A DNA stretch of 64,000 bases from the NCBI GenBank assembly GCA_012295275.1, contig CM022679.1, positions 15,562,001 to 15,626,000 of the forward strand, given 5' to 3'. Of this stretch, positions 40,471 to 54,493 are shown in pieces. Origin of the DNA: Chrysomallon squamiferum (taxonomy: Eukaryota; Animalia; Mollusca). The translations under genes and the position numbers were made by a program. Each line of letters begins with the position of its first letter. Within the stretch, counting starts at the first letter, position 1. The notes below the pieces were generated by a model that was not told the origin of the DNA, searched no databases, and worked only from the letters and a program-made list of their open reading frames with translations.

Positions 40471-42100
40471 ATTGTTTATTTAGATGCAGCTTAACCAATG
40501 TTTCGATTAGCTTGAAAAGAACAAGCAAACAGATTATCTCTAAAGCTATTTTTTTTTTCTTTCTTACGGAGTTAGTAACAGATTCTAATGCGATTAACGG
40601 AGCATGCGAAAAGAAACTGTTTTAGAACTGATAGGTTTAGATCGGCTATAAACTGCCGAAACAGCTGGTTCTTCTATTTATCGTTTAGGACAAGCTGTGC
40701 CCTTTTATTGGACTTTAATACCAAATGATTCTGCATTTTCTGATACGTCGTAAAAATAAACGTGCTTGACACACTGTTGTTTTATTTTGGAATTCGGCAA
40801 CAGAAGTTTGCATAAATAGAAAATAATGCTTTCGCTGCACTATTAAGAAACAGTTTAATTTCTCAAGGATTAGCATATTATTACCTTCACGCAATAAAAT
40901 GCTTATTCTGCCGAAATGGCGATATCTTTGTTTGGATGGAAAGCTGTTTTGGAGGAAACGTTATCACTGAAATAGACCAGAAAAAAAGGAAATAAAAACA
41001 CAGATACATGTAATTCAAACTGACATTAAGAAATATATTTAAGAAACACTATATTCATAATAATTTGAACTGAAAGCCAGAAGTATATTTAGTGCCTATT
41101 TTTGAACGTATTAACGTGCATTCACATGCAATTATATCAAACCTGTTTAAAAGATTCTCAAGCATGAAGAAGATTAAATCTGACTGAAAGGAATGAAATT
41201 TTCTAATATCAAAGATATAACTCTCTCGTTGTTGCTTTCAAAAGGTTCATGGCTTGTTCAGTCTTCTTCATTGTCATTCCGTATCTTAATCATTTAATCA
41301 TAAAAATCATAAAAACTCACAGATCAAGATTTGTTTTAATGAAAAGAACATTAACCATGTAACGGATACAAAATACATTAGTATTTACTGGCCACAAAAT
41401 TATTGTCACGTCTGAATTTCATATCTTTATAGCATCACACAACTAATCTATCAGGCAATTTAAACAAATACACATATCTTGTGGAAATATACATTTTAAT
41501 TTTTTATTAACTTGGTATCTATTATTACAGACATTCTTTTATTTACTAGCTCGCAATAAACACGATCAAAGTATAACTTCGGCCTATATCCCTATTTTAT
41601 TATTATTTTTAAATGTTTAATTCTGCAACAGCGTATTTTATTAAAAGACCATTGACATCATGCTGAAAACAGTTAACCAAACGTAAATAAATAACTAGCT
41701 AAATAAATAAATTCTTCGGGCTTCGACGAGTAAAATAATATTCTATTTTATTTATTTATTTATTATTATTTTTTTAAATACGTATCACTGTTGAATATGC
41801 TCTAGCATCTAAATTTAATTAATCATTTTTTTTAGCGATATTTGTTTTCTCATGAAAATTACACACGACGTGGTCCTGCTGTATAACACTGGCATAATTA
41901 ATTGCCTATTAATAATTTGTTTGCAAACTCTGTTTGTCATACTTCAGAAGTCATGTGTACATACACTTTGATTATAAACCGTACAAGCTGCTAAAAATAA
42001 ATTATGATATTGGTGATAACAGTCTATTTCAATGTTATATACAATTAAAAAAAATATATAAAAAAAAAAAAAAAAAAGAAGAAAGAATCAACGCAATACA

Positions 42101-42147
42101 TCTCTCTCTCTCTCTCTTATTCTCTCTCTCTACTACTACTACTACTA

Positions 42148-42231
<84 letters not shown>
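42101..42231. repeat. (CT)n-(CTA)n-(CT)n compound microsatellite
   Basis: Directly visible. Confidence 0.95.
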
Positions 42232-42234
<3 letters not shown>

Positions 42235-42907
42235 GTTTTTTTTCTTCTCATTTTCAGTATCTTTCCCTTTCTTTTCCGATTCCAAACCCTCCTTCTACTC
42301 TTCCTGCCTGTCTGAATCTAACTGAAATTTCATTACAAAAAACATTTTTAAACTCAGCCGTGACGTGTGATGTAATGCTTTGAATCAGATACGTCACAGC
42401 ACATTCCAACATAATTGGTTACAATGAAATGACCTACGTACCAGTTTATTTTGAACGAGGACAAAATAAACTCTGACCAGATACGTAATGGAATTTCCGT
42501 CTAATGTTAGACGGCTCTAACAAGCAGAATAACTCATTTAACCAACTCAGTCTGTATCACGAAATTTCTGCTGAAACCGTCCAAACTTCAGCGCTAGGTT
42601 ATGTAAAACGTATGGCGTCGACTGAACGGATTCACACAGAATTATTTATGTCTGTCTGTCTGACTGTCAATCTGATTGTCTGTGACAGGTTACTGGCTCA
42701 TTGTTCTTTTGTTGTTTGATTTGGTATGTGACGTTTTCGTGAAGGTTTGAGCATGATGGTATGTGCATGTTATTCCATTTTCAGAATTAGGTAGAGTAAA
42801 CTCGTCTCACTTGACGTAGTTAGCCAGAATTTAATAAATAAATAGATAAACTAACAAACCAATAAATAAAGAGAGAAAGAAACGATATCACGACCAATAA
42901 TAACAAC

Positions 42908-42939
<32 letters not shown>

Positions 42940-43949
42940 TAGTAATAAAGAAAATAAATGCTGCTGCTGCTGATGATGATGATAAAAAGAAAAAGAAGTA
43001 AAGATGTTTTTTCATACAAAATTTGAATTGGAACTGTGGTATTATGTATGTATACACTGGCAGTTATCGTCAAGAGAAAACTGTTATAAGAAAAATCTAA
43101 ATCTTCCTTCATGGTTCTTTCACTGACTTACTTCTGTTTCAAATTTAACGATATAATCAAGTTCCATGCGGACAACCTGATAGCCGTTTCAAGAAGACAA
43201 ACAAACAGAAATGAAAATACCCACAACAACACAGATAATATAATAAACACATCACTAGAGAAAACAAACATACTGACAGGTAAATTGGTGTTATTATATC
43301 TACGTTTTGGAAAACTCATTGTCCAAAGATAATAATATGTCGGTGAAATTTGAACTCTTTTTTTTTTTTTTTTTTTTTTGTAGAGGTGGAAAAAGTGTGA
43401 AAATGAACGGAACATGTGATAAAGTGGAGAGACCAGTGGCATTAAATAAACAATGTTATTTTCTGTGAATATTTCCATTCCACCCAGTTATCGACATTTG
43501 TTATCAAAGGCAGTGATATGTGTTTTCTTGTCAATATAAAAGTGAACTGTTAATGTTAATGTTGGGAAGGTAACTTGTTGTCTCAGAAAACCAAATGACA
43601 GTGAAAACTACAAAATAAATGATTTGCCAAGTAAAAGACAATAATAGAAAATTAAAAACATGATGTGGGCAGCATATTAAAATACAATAAATGTCATCTG
43701 GAATTAATTAATAAATCATTTCTATGAAAAAAATAATTTTCCTCTCTATTTTCCGCTGTCTTCTGTTCATAGTATTATTGATTTAATAAGAATCATTAAT
43801 GTTCTGTGTAAAAATTCATTTATTTATTTATATAACTGTAAATAATTATTTTATGGACTGGATTTTTCTATTTTCGTTCTTCTTTCTTCTTTCTTTCTTT
43901 CTTTCTTTTTTTTCTTTTAAAATTTTTTTTTTCTGAATACTTAACTTAC

Positions 43950-44440
43950 ATCTAGCATCAAAACTATATCGCCTCTTCGACGTAATTACGGCCCTTGATT
44001 GCCATTGCACAAAAGAAAACGTTGTTACGTTAACAATATTCGTTTACATTTGGGGCAATCGTACTGGTAAAATTTCGCAACACGTTCCGGCTCCAGAGAT
44101 AACAAACATCGACTGACATGTGCAAGCAGTCTCTTGTTCTTTGATGTTTTGACGTGTGGCCAACTCAGACATCTGTTCGTATTCAGATTCGCTCGGCATT
44201 TGACACTGTTTTGAAGGAAAACAGATATCGCGTTGTGCAACACGATACTTAATTTTCGTCCACCAATTAACGGCAGAAAGCACAATTAAGGAAAGCGAAG
44301 AGAAGAACGAGGCAGCCCGGGAGTCGCGGCTCATCCAGGACGCGGAAATAATGAGTCGAAGTGAGCGGCGAGTGCTCGTGCGTTCAGCACACTTCCGGCG
44401 CACGAGGAGGGAAAAAGAATATTGCAAATTGCGCATGAAG
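43950..44440 (-). promoter_or_regulatory. CpG-rich promoter-like island with candidate first exon
   Basis: ETS motif CACTTCCGG (about 44390), half NRF1-like TGCGCATG (about 44430), minus-strand donor GAT|GTAAGT at 43950. Confidence 0.4.
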
Positions 44441-46899
44441 TTTCAATTATTTCGGAATGTGTCAGATTTCCCTTAAAATTGTTATTAGTTAATCTACATC
44501 AGTAAAATGCCAAGTTCATTTAATTCATCTTTTCCTTCGTTTTATTTTTTCTTTAAAAAAAAAAAAAAAAAAAAATGAAAAGAAAAAAAAAATAAAGAAG
44601 AGAAAATTATGTGGTGTTTTGCAGTAAATATATATTTAAAAAGGAAAGGTGATTACTTTCGCGAGAAAACACTCCTTGAGTACTGACTGTTTTTGATTTA
44701 TAACTGTTATGTTTTATGATATTATGTAGTTTGAAGAGAAAGCAGAATCATTTTACTATTCAAAGATTATTTGTCATGTCGAGTATTGCGTTTTTTCTTT
44801 TTAAGACGTCTTAGTATTAAATAAACGCCCTATTACGTATACTGATAATGTATTTATTGGTAACTTAAAGTCTTATTTAAAACTAAAATATAAATAGATG
44901 GTTTTCTAAGCTGTTTGCAAAATAAAATAAATTCATAGAAATAGATGTATGTATTAACAATGCTGTTAGTGGTTTTTTCAAAATATAAATTTGTGAAAGA
45001 AAAATAAATTTGCATAAATAATTCATATATATATATATATAATGTAAATATGCAGTCTTGTGAAAAGTATTTATTACATTAATATTCCCGAATACTTTGT
45101 CTTAAATCCCGTCTTATTTCTTCTAAGGCTGACGTACTTGGTGGCCAGTTAGAAGCGGCCATAGAAAGAGGAACTTACTCGTATCTCTACTCTTTTCTTG
45201 GTCGAACACTAAAATAATCACATTACATCATATATATACGTAATTTGTAATCAATTAATTTAGTAATTTTCATGGATTGTTTGCGTACATTGTAAATACG
45301 TGATTTACCATATCCAGTTTAAAGTTTAATGATTATTTTACTCGAAAAATCCGCAGACTGGGTCTGTTTCACGTTGATATGCCGTCACTGTCAGTTACGT
45401 TTTGAATTCACATCAGCGATTTCTGGTAGAGTAACAAAATATTGCAGACCATCTCGACCTAATTTTTCTTTATCAATCAATATGTGTTCCCTGCACAAAA
45501 TAATTGTATTCGCTATGCTAGGCTCTTGTCGACAATTTGTCGTAATGTAATTTGCCCACATTTGCCAGCCAACGTTGAGAGAAAGTATTTACAAAGCGTA
45601 CAACGAAATGCCTTCTGTCCAATCGACCTTGACCTTTCATATGGCTAAAAAATAAGAAGAAGAAAAAAAAAAAAAAAAAAAAAGGTAAGGAAAAGAAAAG
45701 AAAAGAAATGACTAAGGAAAAAAAAAGAAAAATAATTACAACCTCCTAAAACTCCAACACTGATGAAGTTTTTTTTTTCGAATGGCTTACGGTTGTAAGA
45801 CTAATTTTGAGAATCTTAACGCGGTGGAAGTATAATAGACAACTGTAAATAGTTTTCAGGGTGTGTGACCAAAGAAATTGTTCTGTAATGACTTAAAATG
45901 CGATCAACTGCTCAATCGATTAAATATTTGCCGGTTGGTGCACCGCAGGACGTGTCTGAAATTTGTAAAATCTGTGTAAAGCAGGTAAAGGAGAATCTAA
46001 AGCAAAGACTTTGTAAATAAATGCAATCAGTAATGTTAATTGTTACGTAATGAACTGTGACTTGATTTTTCATTGTGCTGTCTTTAAAGTTTGTCAGATC
46101 TCCACTATTTGTCATATTCAGTAGAAGAAGGACACTGTGAGTAATGAGAAATTTTATTTTTTATTTTTTTTGGATAAAGCCAAACATTTACTATTGCACT
46201 TTGAGATAAGAGTGGAAAGACTCTCATTACTCGGTTTTCAAAGGCAACAGAGGATAATAATATTTCAAATACAAGCTATTCAATGATGATGATGATGATG
46301 ATGATGTTACTACTAATAATAATAGTAATAACAATAGTCAACAACAGCAACAACAGCAACAATAATAATAAAAATAATCATAATTTTGATGATAATGTTA
46401 ATAATAATAATAATTGTGATGATGATAATAATAATTATAATGATAATAAATCGAGTCCAGTATTCCTTTGAAAGAAGTGCCACAGTAATCTGTTGTAGTA
46501 ATCAGTGACCGAAAACAATAAAAATTACGAACAGAAAGTTTCAATAATAATTTATTCCTAGGCACATTGTTATTGTTGTTGTTGTTATTATTATTATTAT
46601 TATTACTATTATTATTACGGTTATTATTCCTTTCAGAATATCTGCTCTTATCAGGAAACATCCATTATAACCGAAAGAAAGAACCTAATTTTCACTAATT
46701 TAACAGCAACATAAAGGATACATCTAATTACACGATGGTTAATGATATACTATTTAGAAACTGGAGACTGTTCATTAAAACCTAATATTAATGGTATTTC
46801 TGTTTAACATAGCGAGGGGTAGAAGGTGGTAGGAGTGTGTGTGTGTGTGTGTATGAGGGGGTCAGAGCGATAATAAATGACCACCTGAAGCATCGCTTA

Positions 46900-47365
46900 A
46901 AAAACACAGCTGTCTGTTAATGTAGTTCTGTTGTAGTTGGTGTAGATCGGCCCCGCCAAGTCGTTCGGGCGTCTGCGCTCTGGTGTGGCAACACGAATAT
47001 TGACTATCTCGCGTGGTCGCTGTGAGACATATCGGAATCGTTTATCTCGTTTGCGACGAGCGGTTGTCAGCGAATCGCAGAAAGCCAACCCGACTCGTGT
47101 TTCTATCTGCTTGATGGACTGATTCGGCGCCAGCACAGAACGGTCCGCGGGGAATTGCAAATTGTAGATACATATAAATTACTGTCCATCAATGACCGTT
47201 GTGTAGTTTGCTGTGTTTTTTCTTAATGGCTCCATGACAGCACTGTTACAGTATTGTGTATTTAGAATCGCGATCGCAGACAATGTATGACCTGTCTCGA
47301 TCCATTCCAGTTGTCGCCAGAATTTGGCTTAATTGTTCGAAAATCCATCATCGTTACCGTGTCGT
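46900..47365. promoter_or_regulatory. CpG-rich island
   Basis: Dense CpG and a GC-box-like GGCCCCGCC; no convincing ORF. Confidence 0.4.
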
Positions 47366-47689
47366 CAAATAGTGGTGTCTCAATTATACACTGAAGATAA
47401 TTCCTGCCCAGCAATTAGCGACTGTTTAGCTTATAAAACAACTTATTTCGTATAGATCTGGCGTATCTTTTTTCTACGTTCGAACAGGGTATGTCTGATT
47501 GCTGTCATTTCTCTTAACTATCCGTCTATAAGTGATAAATAATAGTTGAGAATACTGAAATGATAGTGAGTTAATTATAAATATTTGTTACATAAGCAAT
47601 ACAAATTAATTAAAACTATTTCCGTTTGTATCTGTTACAAAATAAATGTACGTCTTTTTATTTATCTAAAAACACCCTTTTTCTTGCCA

Positions 47690-47720
<31 letters not shown>

Positions 47721-48279
47721 TATTTCTTCATGTGCGGAGTCACACTCTGTTTCAGTTAGTCTCTGTCTTTCTGTCTCTCTGTCTGTCTATCTGTCTGTTT
47801 CTTATTTTTGTACTCCTCGATTCTTTCCCTTATCGTCTACGAGGCACCTAACCAAAACCTGCCACTGAAAATTAAAACAGACTTGAGTCGAAATAGCGAC
47901 AACGATTCTGCAGATCATTCTTCATAAGTATTAAATCTGAAGACAAATTGCGCTATTCGTTGTCTTCCGGCATCGATTGCGCTAGCAGTCCTCTTAAAAG
48001 AAATATCAGATTGAAATGTCTAGGACGAGGCTTTCTAACTTCGTTTACATTCCGTGGAAAAGGTTACTTGAATGAAATCTAATTGGGTCCTCTTGGAAAC
48101 GTGTGGCAATGACTTGAATCACGTCTTACCGAATAAAAACTTGACCTTGAAGCATGACTTTGTATCGGAATGAATGGTCATGATGATGTAAGCGGTCTCA
48201 CATTCGTTATATACACACAGCCGTTGTTACGTGTTCTAGTGGTGTGGTAATTTTACTCGACGAGGTGTAACAGACAAGA

Positions 48280-48530
48280 TTGTTAAATTAACGACACCTT
48301 TTTATTATTAACTGTTCATAAATGTCAAACAAAGATGTTTTTATATAATGATCAGAGGAAATCGTCGTTGTCGTCACTATACAGACTACTAGCAAGGGAT
48401 TCTTAATATACTGATTTCCATCGACAGAATAGTACATATTAATCTTATTGATAAAACAAATGTAAGTAACTGGTTTTAATTAGCAATAGCGAACTGAACA
48501 CTTTTTGGAGGATTGGTCATGAGCTTCGTT
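48280..48530 (-). mobile_element. Degenerate SINE-like copy
   Basis: TTAACGACAC...ATGTCAAACA tail, then TAGCAAGGGATTCTTAATATA...GACAGAATAGTACATA; colinear with the reverse complement of 26960-27158 and with 57320-57345. Confidence 0.45.
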
Positions 48531-49109
48531 ATCTCAGTCAAAATGTCTTTTATAGCACGTTATGCTTAAAATAAGAACAAGAACGACAGCCACAAAATAA
48601 ACAACAACAACAATAATAATAGTAACAGCAACACAAACGAGGACAACAACCATAAACACAACAAGAACAAGAACGATGACGATGATAATACTACTACTAC
48701 TACTACTACTAATAATAATAATAGATAAGAAGAAGAAGAAGAAGAAGAAGAATGGTAATAATGATAATGATGATAAACCTATTAGTGTCAATGTATAACA
48801 CACAACCCACTAATCAAGAAACACCTGTTGGAACGAGGACTAAAGATCACGGTGCATTAACTAATATAGTTTTTATTTCAGACAAGTTCTCTCCATCTCA
48901 GTCTCGAAGATCACACAAATGAGACAAACACCAAAGTACAAATTGAAAATAACCTGCTTTTTATTTTTTTTATTTTCAGATGGCGACAATAAAAACTTTT
49001 ATGTTGATTACTCCTTTCTAATTTATCTTGTTGATTCGTTCTCTCTTATCTTAGCAGAAAGCTTTTCAGGGTTTTGAACCATAAAACTGTCGTTTATCGA
49101 ATCAGTGTG

Positions 49110-50200
49110 GAAGGCGCCGGAAAGTGAAACACGCGACGGAAGTGTTCAGTACTACGTGAAATGAGGTTATATCCCGCAATCACGCACATGCTCCGGGGCC
49201 AGGCGTGGGTCGGATGTGACTGACAAACCTCGAACCGTTTTATACTTTTTTACGTGACTGATGGACCTTCCCACGTTATCCCCGTGTCAGGTGTTGTAAC
49301 AAATACAAGGCAGTGGTGCTGCTCTGCTTGTTGGTTTCAAACGACTAATTTGTACGTGACTGTAAAGATAGGTAAACTGACAGACGGGTGGACGGATGGA
49401 TGCATGCATGGATGGATGGAAGAACGGATGGTCGGATGTATCGATATATAATTAAAATGAGGATAGACGGACCAACATAATAAAAATGTTTTTAATGCAA
49501 ACATTGTTTTAATGGTATATGTTTTTTCTTGTTAGAGTGTGATGTAGTTGTAGTGGTATGAGAATGAAAGAGACTGTCCCAGGCAAACCAAGGCAGAGAG
49601 AGGCGTTGAAGAATGGACAGATGTACTGGAAGAAACAGGGAATGACAAACAATCAAACTGCTAAAAAGACGCAGTTAAATAGACTTGGTATGAGCATTCA
49701 TCGCAAATAAATTTCTCCTTATTCAATTAACTGTTTGTCAGATTATCTTAACAAAAACTGTAAAATGATTAACAACTTTTTTTTTCTCACAGAAAAATAC
49801 AGATATCAGTTTGACAGACAAGCTTTGTGAAGAACACACTGCCAGACACAAGATTTCAAACAATGATTGCGTTTGAGATAGATGAACATTTTCAACGCAA
49901 TGACATCTTCACAGATCTCGGTAAATATATGATCTCATTTTATTTGTAAAATTTCATCAAGCATAAAATGTATGTATAGTTACCTATGTTTTTTTTTTCT
50001 TTCTAATTCTTTTTGAGGCTTGTATTTTTCAGCGGTACGGACGAGACTCACATGGATGGTCTCGTATTGAAGACACGCTGATGGTGGAAAGCCTTTTCAT
50101 AGCTCGCGCTAGGGTTCCTATATAAGCTGTCATGTTCAAAGGCGAAGCTACACAGTAGAAGACGTCTCTAATAGTTAACACGAAGGCTAACTAAACAAGA
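49110..50200 (+). ncRNA. Candidate spliced lncRNA or micropeptide transcript (exons ~49150-49371, 49536-49687, 49793-49920, 50033-?)
   Basis: CpG-rich promoter-like start (CGGAAGTG, GAAAGTGAAAC), then three consecutive GT-AG introns of 164, 105 and 112 nt with pyrimidine tracts; the longest spliced ATG ORF I found is 55 aa. Confidence 0.4.
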
Positions 50201-53200
50201 TGTTCTGCTTGATAGTGTCCTCAACACAAAACTTATCATGTTGCACACCACGTATTCTGAGGACGTGATAAACAAATTCTTTCTTTGATTTTGTTTTTAC
50301 AGTCCTGGTGATCGATCTAGGAGATAACAAATGTTCCTATTTTAGTAACATAATTAAATCATAATTAAGAACTTTAAATGCTGTTGTTTGGCGAAGGTTA
50401 CAGGGCAATGGATTATTTTAAGTTTATGTATAAGTGTCTAGCCGTTCTTGACTTGAATGATCAGGTTTTATTTTAAGATTACTAAAAAGATGTATATGAA
50501 CTTCTTTATCTCGGATTTTTGCTTCTTTCTCGCTATCTCTCTGTCTCTCTGTCATATTACAATCTTTTCCCTTTCCTTTCAATATTATATATGTCTTCAT
50601 TCTCATCACATCATCACATCTTACTGAATTCATTTTTGAATACCCGTGCTACCGAAGGGCTTCTCTCTCATTCTCTGTCTCTTTTTCTCTCTCTGTTTGT
50701 CTACCTTTCTTTCCCTTACTCCAACTGTCTCTGTCTCACTTTCCCCTCTCTCACATAATTCACAGATTATGGACTAAATGTCATTTCACTGTGTGGGTCT
50801 TTGAACTGGATATTTTGTTACTACATTTACAATTTCCTGTACTCTAAAAATGCACTTTTCGACTCTGTACGAATATACATTTAATCATTTCTAGGTAAAA
50901 TATAGGCAAAACCCATAAAGAGATGGCAGCCAATGTCGCTATTTTTTCAGACTTTATAAAATCACATCTGTGACAGTTAGTATCATTTACGTTATAAATA
51001 TACTGACGTATTATTAAATAAATATTAATTCATTCATTCGTGTAATGTATTTAGTTGTCGCTAGGTGAAAATATTTTGCTTTCATTTCCGTTTTGTTTTT
51101 ACAAAGGACAACAACTGACTAGTCCGTTTTACCGTCAGTTTGCAATTATTTTGATTTCAGCATGGTTCATAAATTACGATAAAGGATATAAGTTGGGTTT
51201 ACCTATTGTGTAAATAACAATGTGAAACGCAGTGAGAGATAAACAGCTACAAACAGAAGAGGATAACTTGAACAACGGGACCCTGGCAGGGGTGCGTCTC
51301 CATAGAAGGCTTCTCTAAAGATGTACTACAGAAGATTCATCATGGTTGACTTTGAGTGGTTTATAACTGGATCAGTGTGTTAAAGTTATCCATTCTAAAT
51401 ACATAAACAAGATATTTAGCTTTTTATAACAACCAATTCATATACATGTATATACTGACACAGCCAACGTAAATGGCAGTGTCTTTGTAAGCTTAATATA
51501 CTTTATTTCATGTTCAGACCACTGCTCCTAATGTAATGGAGACACAGGTTCGTTCATTTCTATTTCAGGGAGGGTCTGTTTACAGATATCTTACTGCTGG
51601 TCGCTTCAGTCAACAGGTTTCTTATCTTTGACTTTATCAAAACAGAACTGAATGACTGATACCTGCTGACCATTTCCTAAACAGTGTGTTGAAGAGTAAT
51701 TCAATAAATATTTATTTTTGGCAGCCAATCTTTTATCAGGCGATCATTTATGGGAAATCCCTGATTAGCTCAAAGTAGGATTTATTTAAAGTCGACTCGA
51801 TGCTGGGAATAATTGCAGGTTTTACTCGAACCATGAGGCGCCCGTCTGTTTTGTGTACGTTCTTACAGGTACATTCATCAGAAGATTCATTCACATAATC
51901 CCAAATCAAAACCAGTCTCTGAAATAAGCTTCTTTAGAGATTTGCACTTTAATCTGCAAATTACATATCACATAGAGAAAAAGAAATCATTTAATTAAGG
52001 AGGTCTTCAGATTACTTACGGAAAGGCGAATATTTCTGTAAATGAGCAAAACCATTTTTTTCCTATCATTTAAAAAAAAAAAAATTTTTTTTTTTATCTT
52101 AACTCGTCGATAACTGTTCAGTCCTTAGTTGTTGTTTTTTTTATCTGCAGCACTGAAAAGGTATTCAGAGGCAAGATGAATTATGAGCTGCAGTGACTGA
52201 CTTAATCGTCGATAATAAGTAATTTATGTTTGCTGAAGTGTGAACGTGTCTGAACACTAAAGGAATGTTCTCACAAGCTAACTTGCTGTTACTGACAATA
52301 ATTATATTTTATTATCGGTTCAAATCAAGTCTGTTTTTTAATATTGCGTAAGATGCTTATATCGCAGGAGAAATAAAGATCTAATAAACACAAATCCTCT
52401 GAGTTATGATGAATTTTGGAATAGAAACTCTTGATAAGGTTTCTGGCGCACATTTGTTTTTAAAACTGAAGGTCATACCAACTAATAAGTCCTTTCTCGC
52501 CGAATATCATGCTAATTACAATTAAATATGATAAATATGCTAAATGCTTTGTGCCATACTATAAATTGTATCATTAAAAAAAAACGTCTACGGTTATTCA
52601 AGTTTTAGTTACATAATTTTTTCTACCAACCCCCCCCAAAAAAAAAAAAAGAAAAGAAGAAAAATAAACCTACAAAAACTACAAAAAACCAACAACAACA
52701 AACAAATAAAAACATACTCTATATTGTCCTGTCATTTCACTTTTTCTGATTCGGTCTAAAAAGATTGATTATTTTTTTTTTATTATTATTTATTATTATT
52801 ATTATCTTTTTTATGCGATTGTATATAAATATATGAGACATATTTTTGTTTCAGTAAAAAAGTTATAAAAAAAAATTAAAGTGTAAGTTAAAACATAATA
52901 GTGATCGATTAGAGAATGAATTTAGTGTAAATGTTCTACGACAGTGTATTTCTGTATCTTTGAACGAAGCTGAACAGCATTTATTCTCGACGATGACTTT
53001 TAAAATAGTAAGGGTAATACTTTGTACCTGAATGTCAAAACATTCAGCGCTGATAATCCTTTAGTATTCCAGTATGACATAATGGGTTGCCTTACTAGAT
53101 TGTAATTATTACTTCGAATTATTAAACAAAAGTTGTGGCATGGTGGATATTAGACACAGAACTGTGTGATGTGTTTAGTGCTGTTGGCTCTTACTTTCAG

Positions 53201-54459
53201 TTGCAGCTGCCGGATTTCCTGCCACGGTAAAAAAGTTATCCCCACGTTTCAAGTACATAACCTGTCCATACACATGATTCGTTCAGTGCCCCTGCAAACA
53301 CAGCTTAGAACTCAACGATGACTGGGTCTGTGCAGACTTAGGCCAGATAGAGGGGCATCTTAGAGCAGCAGAACACCAAAATAGTGTGCAGTGCCCATCA
53401 CTGTGCGGACATACAATGGCACTCACCAATTCAACCTCAGTATGAGTAACCAGCACGCTCGGGCAGATGAGGATGTAAGTAAGAAAAAACTGTCTATCAA
53501 AAAGAAGTATCAAACGACCCTATGGGCAGGCTGGGCCTGATGAATTTGACAGGCAACAGTGCAGCAGAAGGTTTGAAATACCCAGAATAGACAACATTCA
53601 ACAGTTTGGGTTGTCTAGAAAAAGTCACAAGGGGAGACAGAAGCAACATGTCAGGAAGTCCTTCATAGACGTACACAGGAAGGGAGCTATTTTTAAAAAG
53701 AAAACCGAGAACACATGCACTTACCCATTATGACCATGCAATTAAATAAACAAATAAATAAAATAAAAATAAAAATAAACATGATATTTTTTCGCCCTGT
53801 TATTAAGAAATTTTCAAACAAATCACAACTGAAGAGAATTAAATTTGAATACTGAGCTACCGAACACTTCAAGCACAATATGACCAATAGTGAACTGCAG
53901 GTCCGTTTATACACGTGTTCCTCTCTTTCTTACTGTACGTGGTTCAGGGGAACTTGTTGAAGTGCACATGCACCCAGCATCGTTCGTTGACTTGTGCAAC
54001 ACACTTTAATATCTGCTAGTTTATTTTGTTCCTTTTTGCACCACACTACAAAACACTGCATCCAACATGCAATTTTCCTATCGTATTACAAACAGCGCCA
54101 GACAAGATTTGTCAGAACTATTTAAAATAAATAAACTGATTCAAAAAAAATATATAAATAAAATAAATAAATAATATTAATATAAAAAATAAATAAAAAA
54201 AGGAAAAATAAATTTACAAAATTTAAAAAATGCATGTGATAAAAAAGATGCAAAATACTTAAAGTATTTTTTATATGCAATTCTATATTTGAACAAGTCG
54301 AGTGAATTTTTAACTTTTGTGTTGTAGCGAACTAAGATGAATGACATATTAAATATATGCATGCATTCATCTAGATGGATAGATAAATAGATATATAATT
54401 AGATAGATAGATAGATAAAGATCAACTGATATGAACATCATACACATGTAGGACCGCAT

Positions 54460-54493
<34 letters not shown>

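Noticed and set aside
51518-51616. Two small exon-like segments (30 nt and 48 nt)
   Set aside because: They are only about 21 nt apart and have moderate or weak donors, so they cannot be distinguished from chance
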